The position numbers and the translations under genes are program-made. Positions 60,041-64,000 of a stretch of DNA of 64,000 nucleotides are shown one piece after another. Under the pieces are notes generated by a model. That model saw nothing but the letters and a program-made list of their open reading frames with translations. It made no database searches and was not told the origin of the DNA. The first letter of the stretch is position 1. The number at the start of each line of letters is the position of its first letter. The DNA is from an uncultured Candidatus Peribacteria bacterium (GTDB lineage: Bacteria; Patescibacteriota; Gracilibacteria; UBA1369; 2-02-FULL-48-14), in the NCBI GenBank assembly GCA_964516995.1, contig CAZFAV010000004.1, forward strand, positions 18,689-82,688, written 5' to 3'.

Positions 60041-61015
60041 CTATTCTAACAGAGTGGCCGCATTTTGCCACAAGACTTTTCTCAGAATGGAGTAAGGCAA
60101 GTTGAGTCCGACGTAGTCCGCCGTAGAATCGTCATCTAAGCCTGTATTGAAACTAGCCTTGGAAAGGATCCAAATGTAATTCTGATAGAGACCAGTGAGG
60201 TATTCCACATCTTTATTCTCATAATCGCTCACTACGTTATCGGTTCCAAACAAGATGCGATCTTGGAACTCAGTAAAGAAACTGACGAAAGCGTCGTGAT
60301 TCTGGCTGATGGTGGTGAAGCCTGTATGAGCTAGGCTTTCTTTTCCAAAACTGGTATCGATGTAGAGATTAGGAAAGCGCGTCATCAGGTCCGTCAGGCG
60401 GCCCAAAGATTGAGATGAGAGACAGTAGTGAGGACAAATCACCGGCAATTTTGGGTTGAGGCTGAGCACATTCTCTAACTCTCCTTGGTATTCCCCGCTA
60501 TTGATGGCGAGCATGAGCACACCGCCCGCGTCACTCAAAGCCTGATAAAGATCGGCCAAACGGGCATCGTCCACAGGAATCACATGAGTGTAGCTGTAGC
60601 CGTTGTAAAGCTTGATGCCAAGTCCTCCGTTGGCTAAACATTCTTGCATTTTCTCTACTCTTTCCAAGTCCAAGGGATCGATCGTACAGAAGTACTCAAA
60701 ACTGTCTTGGTTTTGAGTTTGTTGCACTACAGAAGCGATCAGAGCGTTGTTGTCGTTGCTGTCGGCCAAAGAAAGGTCCTTTTTTTCAGTGTAATAAAGG
60801 ATATCTTTGGGGATGCCTTGTAAAACCACTTTTTGAATATTGAGCTGAGCCATGGCTTCCTGCAGCTCTACCACATTGCCCAAGCTTTCTACAGACTCAT
60901 GAACGTTAAAAATAGGCGGTGTACTGGGGCTTGCGGTGTAGAATTGGATCAAGACCAGGACCGGAGCAAGGATCCAGAAAAGAGTTTTGGAGGCTTTCAT
61001 AGGGTGGAAAGGCAT
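60041..61015 (-). CDS. Amidohydrolase-2-like (TIM-barrel metal-dependent hydrolase) protein, membrane-anchored or secreted
   Basis: N-terminal hydrophobic segment. 'LYIDTSFG' and 'ILFGTDNV' resemble the C-terminal strands of amidohydrolase-fold proteins. Assignment is weak. Confidence 0.4.
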   Translation of the reverse strand: MPFHPMKASKTLFWILAPVLVLIQFYTASPSTPPIFNVHESVESLGNVVELQEAMAQLNIQKVVLQGIPKDILYYTEKKDLSLADSNDNNALIASVVQQTQNQDSFEYFCTIDPLDLERVEKMQECLANGGLGIKLYNGYSYTHVIPVDDARLADLYQALSDAGGVLMLAINSGEYQGELENVLSLNPKLPVICPHYCLSSQSLGRLTDLMTRFPNLYIDTSFGKESLAHTGFTTISQNHDAFVSFFTEFQDRILFGTDNVVSDYENKDVEYLTGLYQNYIWILSKASFNTGLDDDSTADYVGLNLPYSILRKVLWQNAATLLE

Positions 61016-61062
61016 GGAATACGCGGTTTAGTATGGCATACTGAGGAAAATTTGCAATTCTT

Positions 61063-61686
61063 ATGCAAGTGTTGCCGTTTACTATTTTTGGTCCGAGTGT
61101 GAAAGCCGGGGTATTAAAAGTCCAAAAAGATGTGCTGGAAGAACTGCCTTTTCCTGTTCAGTGGCTGAACCAAGTACACGGGGTAAAGGTTTTGGAAGTA
61201 GAGAAAATCAGCGGGCCAGAGGAAGCAGATGCCATGATCAGCACTACAAGAGGAGTGCCATTACTGATCAAAACGGCGGATTGTATTCCTTTGGTTATGG
61301 CCGATGAGAAGGCTGGTTTGGTGGCGGCGGTACACGCGGGGTGGCGAGGCCTTACAGCGGACATCGTGCCTTTGGTGATTTCTAGAATGATTGCGCTGGG
61401 AGCTTCCGTGGACCGTTTGAAGGTGGGCGTGGGCCCTTCATTAGGTGTGGAATGTGCGGAATTTAGTGAGCCGGAGAAGGAAATTCCAGAAAAATACCAC
61501 TGGGCGGTGCGCGAAGACCGTCACGTGGATTTGTGGAGAATTTTAGAGCATCAATTGCGTGAAGCAGGTGTAACGGAAGACCGGGTGGAATGGATGCGAG
61601 TTTGTACCTGCTGCTCGTCGGAATGGTTTTCGTGGCGACGGGATAAAGTTATGCATCGCTTTGGTACTTTTATTGAACTTCTTTAG
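61063..61686 (+). CDS. pgeF: Peptidoglycan editing factor PgeF / YfiH (laccase-domain, DUF152) protein
   Basis: LNQVHGVKV, ADAMIS, IKTADCIPLV, AAVHAGWRGL and WFSWRRD motifs. Confidence 0.8.
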   Translation: MQVLPFTIFGPSVKAGVLKVQKDVLEELPFPVQWLNQVHGVKVLEVEKISGPEEADAMISTTRGVPLLIKTADCIPLVMADEKAGLVAAVHAGWRGLTADIVPLVISRMIALGASVDRLKVGVGPSLGVECAEFSEPEKEIPEKYHWAVREDRHVDLWRILEHQLREAGVTEDRVEWMRVCTCCSSEWFSWRRDKVMHRFGTFIELL

Positions 61687-61724
61687 GGGTGGTTTTTTTT
61701 GCCCTTTTCTGGCAGACTATCCGC

Positions 61725-62657
61725 ATGAAACCTTTAGAGCCCCAGATTGACTTTGCGGTGGGCGGCCAAGCCGTGATCGAAGGAGTGATGATGCGCTCGC
61801 CTCATTTTTACACGGTGAGCGTACGAAACCCAGAAGGTGAGATTAAAATGAAGCAAAAGAAGTTTGAAAGTTTAACGAGCCATTTTGCCTTACTGCGCCT
61901 TCCTTTTCTGCGAGGAATGGTGCAGCTCGTGGAGTCTATGATCATCGGCTATCGCTCTTTGAGTTTTTCTAACGCAGTGTTTATTGGACAAGAAGAAGAA
62001 TCGGAAAAAGGTTGGAAGAAAGTTTTATTCGTGATTTTTGGCGGCCTTTATGCCCTCTTCACTTTGGGCGTTACCCTGTTTATGCTCAAATTTTTACCCC
62101 TGTGGGTAGCGGAACAAGCTGCAAAAGCATGGCCAGTAGTTAAAGAGCATTACCTACTTTTTAATGCGATCGATGGGCTTACTAAGATCACTATCTTCCT
62201 CGTTTACATTGGATCGATTTCGTTGCTACGCGACATTGCGCGGGTATTTCAGTATCACGGAGCTGAACACAAATCCATTTGGACTTACGAGAAGGGTCTT
62301 GAACTCACGGTAGCTAATGCGCGGAAGCAAACTCGCTTCCATCCGCGATGTGGGACGAGCTTTATTTTCTTAGTTATCCTCACTAGCGTATTGGTGTACA
62401 CCCTGGTCCCACCCAGTGAGAATTTTTGGGCTTTACTGCTCAGCCGCATTGCGGTGATTCCTCTTATTGCCGGAGCAAGTTACGAAGTGCTCAAACTCAG
62501 CGCGAAGTATCAAAATTTTGCACTGGTTAAAATGCTGGTGGCTCCAGGCTTGTTTTTACAAAGACTCACCACACGTGAGCCCGATGATCTTCAACTGGAA
62601 GTGGCTTTGAACTCACTGCGTGAATCCTTGGCTGTTGAAAAATTACCTGTTCCCTGA
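61725..62657 (+). CDS. DUF1385 domain-containing membrane protein
   Basis: VGGQAVIEGVMMRSP and YHGAEHKSI...HPRCGTSF motifs. I chose the start at MKPLEPQ. Confidence 0.7.
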   Translation: MKPLEPQIDFAVGGQAVIEGVMMRSPHFYTVSVRNPEGEIKMKQKKFESLTSHFALLRLPFLRGMVQLVESMIIGYRSLSFSNAVFIGQEEESEKGWKKVLFVIFGGLYALFTLGVTLFMLKFLPLWVAEQAAKAWPVVKEHYLLFNAIDGLTKITIFLVYIGSISLLRDIARVFQYHGAEHKSIWTYEKGLELTVANARKQTRFHPRCGTSFIFLVILTSVLVYTLVPPSENFWALLLSRIAVIPLIAGASYEVLKLSAKYQNFALVKMLVAPGLFLQRLTTREPDDLQLEVALNSLRESLAVEKLPVP

Positions 62658-64000
62658 TGGAAATACGTAAGATCCAAAGACGTAAACCACGCATCGCCAT
62701 GATTATGGACACGTGGTTTCCTGTCCACACGGGCGAGCAAGTGTACTGCGCTAAATTGGCGGTGGCTCTTGCGGAAGAACATGGCTTTGAAGTGGATCTT
62801 TATACGCGAGCCATTGAAGGCAAACTCACGGCAGAAGAACGGGCTGTAGAAGACATCGATGCCATTCGGGTGAAACGTCTGGGGTTCGCCAGCCATCCTT
62901 GGAACATCTTTATGCAGCTCTGGTTTATTTTTGGAACCTTTTTCCACCTGGTCAAGTCAGGACGCTCATATCGAGCTTACCACGCGCATACCGCCACCAG
63001 TGCAGTCGCTATGAAAATGGCTTCGTGGTTTACTCGTGTGCCCACTCTACTCACCGTACACGCCAATGCCGTTTTTCAAAAATCATGGACACTGCGCAAA
63101 ATCATACACCGTGTGATGTTTTTAGAAACCAAGTACTCACAAGAGGTGTCCATTGCTGAAAACTTTTTGAAGGCCTCTAATGTGAATGATCCTGTCTTGG
63201 TGATCCCCTACGGAGTCGATACCGAGGCTTTTGATGAAGTCATTGGTAAAAAAGATCCGCATCAGTTCAATGTGCTGAGCGTCGGTCGACTCGACATAGC
63301 CAAAGGATTGGATTTGCTTTTAGAAGCTGCCAAGCGAGTGATCGAATCCAATGGCTTCATTCAATCCCAAAAAGATTTTCAATTGCACTTAGTGGGTACC
63401 GGACCCGATCGAAAGATGCTCGAAGAAAAGGTCCAGCAACTGGGCATTGCAAAGTATGTACGATTCCATGGTTTGGTTACGGGTACTGCACTCATTGAGC
63501 TCTACAAATCCATGGATCTTTTTGTGCTTCCCTCCCGTTCAGAGGCTTTGCCGTTTGCAGCATTGGAAGCTTGCGCGGCCCGCCTGCCTTTGCTCGCTAC
63601 GGATGTGGGAGATTTGCGAAAATTGGTGTTTGAAAATACGAACGGTCATTTGATTGAACCCGAAGACGTAGATGAGCTGGCTTACTACTTGGAGCACTTT
63701 GCGAGCAATCCACACTTAGAAAGTATGGGGCAAGCCAGCTATGACTTGGTTTCGCAGGAATACACCTGGGACGACACTGTGCAGAAAATGCTGCGTGTTT
63801 ACGACAGCGTGATGCAAAGAAAAGTGGTTCAAGACATTGAAAAAAAAGAGGTTTTAGTTTCGCCTTTGCGTTTGCCTTTTGCTTTTTGGAAATCCCGTGC
63901 TTCTCGTACACCCTACAAAGGCAAGGCCCCCCTGCGTTTTTGCATGACTGTGAACTTGGAACAAAATGCAGCGGATGAACTGCCGCACGAGGACAGTGTG
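62657..64000 (+). CDS. Glycosyltransferase, GT4/GT-B family (3' end beyond the window; not in the ORF track because no stop is reached)
   Basis: TGATG overlap with the previous gene. I translated it by hand with no stop up to 64000. 'LSVGRLDIAKGLDLLLEA...LHLVGTGPD...ELYKSMDLFVLPSRSEALPFAALEACAARLPLLATDVGD' is a group-1 glycosyltransferase signature. About 60 further residues follow the GT domain. Confidence 0.75.
   Translation, partial: MEIRKIQRRKPRIAMIMDTWFPVHTGEQVYCAKLAVALAEEHGFEVDLYTRAIEGKLTAEERAVEDIDAIRVKRLGFASHPWNIFMQLWFIFGTFFHLVKSGRSYRAYHAHTATSAVAMKMASWFTRVPTLLTVHANAVFQKSWTLRKIIHRVMFLETKYSQEVSIAENFLKASNVNDPVLVIPYGVDTEAFDEVIGKKDPHQFNVLSVGRLDIAKGLDLLLEAAKRVIESNGFIQSQKDFQLHLVGTGPDRKMLEEKVQQLGIAKYVRFHGLVTGTALIELYKSMDLFVLPSRSEALPFAALEACAARLPLLATDVGDLRKLVFENTNGHLIEPEDVDELAYYLEHFASNPHLESMGQASYDLVSQEYTWDDTVQKMLRVYDSVMQRKVVQDIEKKEVLVSPLRLPFAFWKSRASRTPYKGKAPLRFCMTVNLEQNAADELPHEDSV

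Noticed and set aside
1-64000. tRNA, rRNA, riboswitch or other structured RNA genes in intergenic regions.
   Set aside because: Intergenic gaps are short, mostly under 120 nt. The larger ones (17768-17919, 25559-25720, 51906-52024, 57845-57966) are AT-rich promoter-like DNA with no cloverleaf-compatible stems or known riboswitch cores that I can recognise by eye.

Overview
This is a gene-dense bacterial chromosome segment of about 55 CDS that uses the standard genetic code, with many 1-4 nt start/stop overlaps. The gene content (DUF4012 protein, AlaRS lacking the C-Ala domain, archaeal-type PurP, TrmB regulators, SLH S-layer protein) suggests a Patescibacteria/CPR-like lineage, perhaps Peregrinibacteria; this is inference only. 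Recognisable housekeeping genes are a purN fragment, a ferredoxin/2-oxoacid:ferredoxin oxidoreductase/ferredoxin operon, two purP genes plus purH, uppP, yidD, a LysM-M23 peptidase, mutL, alaS, miaB, murG-ftsW, lspA, aroE, pgeF and glycosyltransferases. Two regions stand out. (1) At 6.5-23.2 kb, eight tandem same-strand paralogues of an uncharacterised ~530-560 aa cysteine-rich protein are arranged in three blocks. The blocks are separated by two opposite-strand TrmB-family regulators with back-to-back divergent promoters. One block is headed by a CsaA-like tRNA-binding gene, and the array is followed by a soluble TraD/VirD4-like ATPase. Each paralogue has duplicated double zinc-ribbon termini and a duplicated CxxC-ladder core. 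(2) At 48.9-57.9 kb, three giant ORFs without recognisable domains (1138, 797 and 1011 aa) lie behind a near-consensus promoter. The first two are in the same frame, separated by one TAA plus three sense codons, with His-rich KEDHP-type repeats on both sides of the stop. The first carries a C-terminal Gly/Ala-rich membrane-insertion-like region. Base composition across the locus swings strongly. I recognised no rRNA, tRNA, CRISPR array, transposase or integrase. All coordinates and motifs come from reading the sequence and the ORF track by eye, and no database search was possible.
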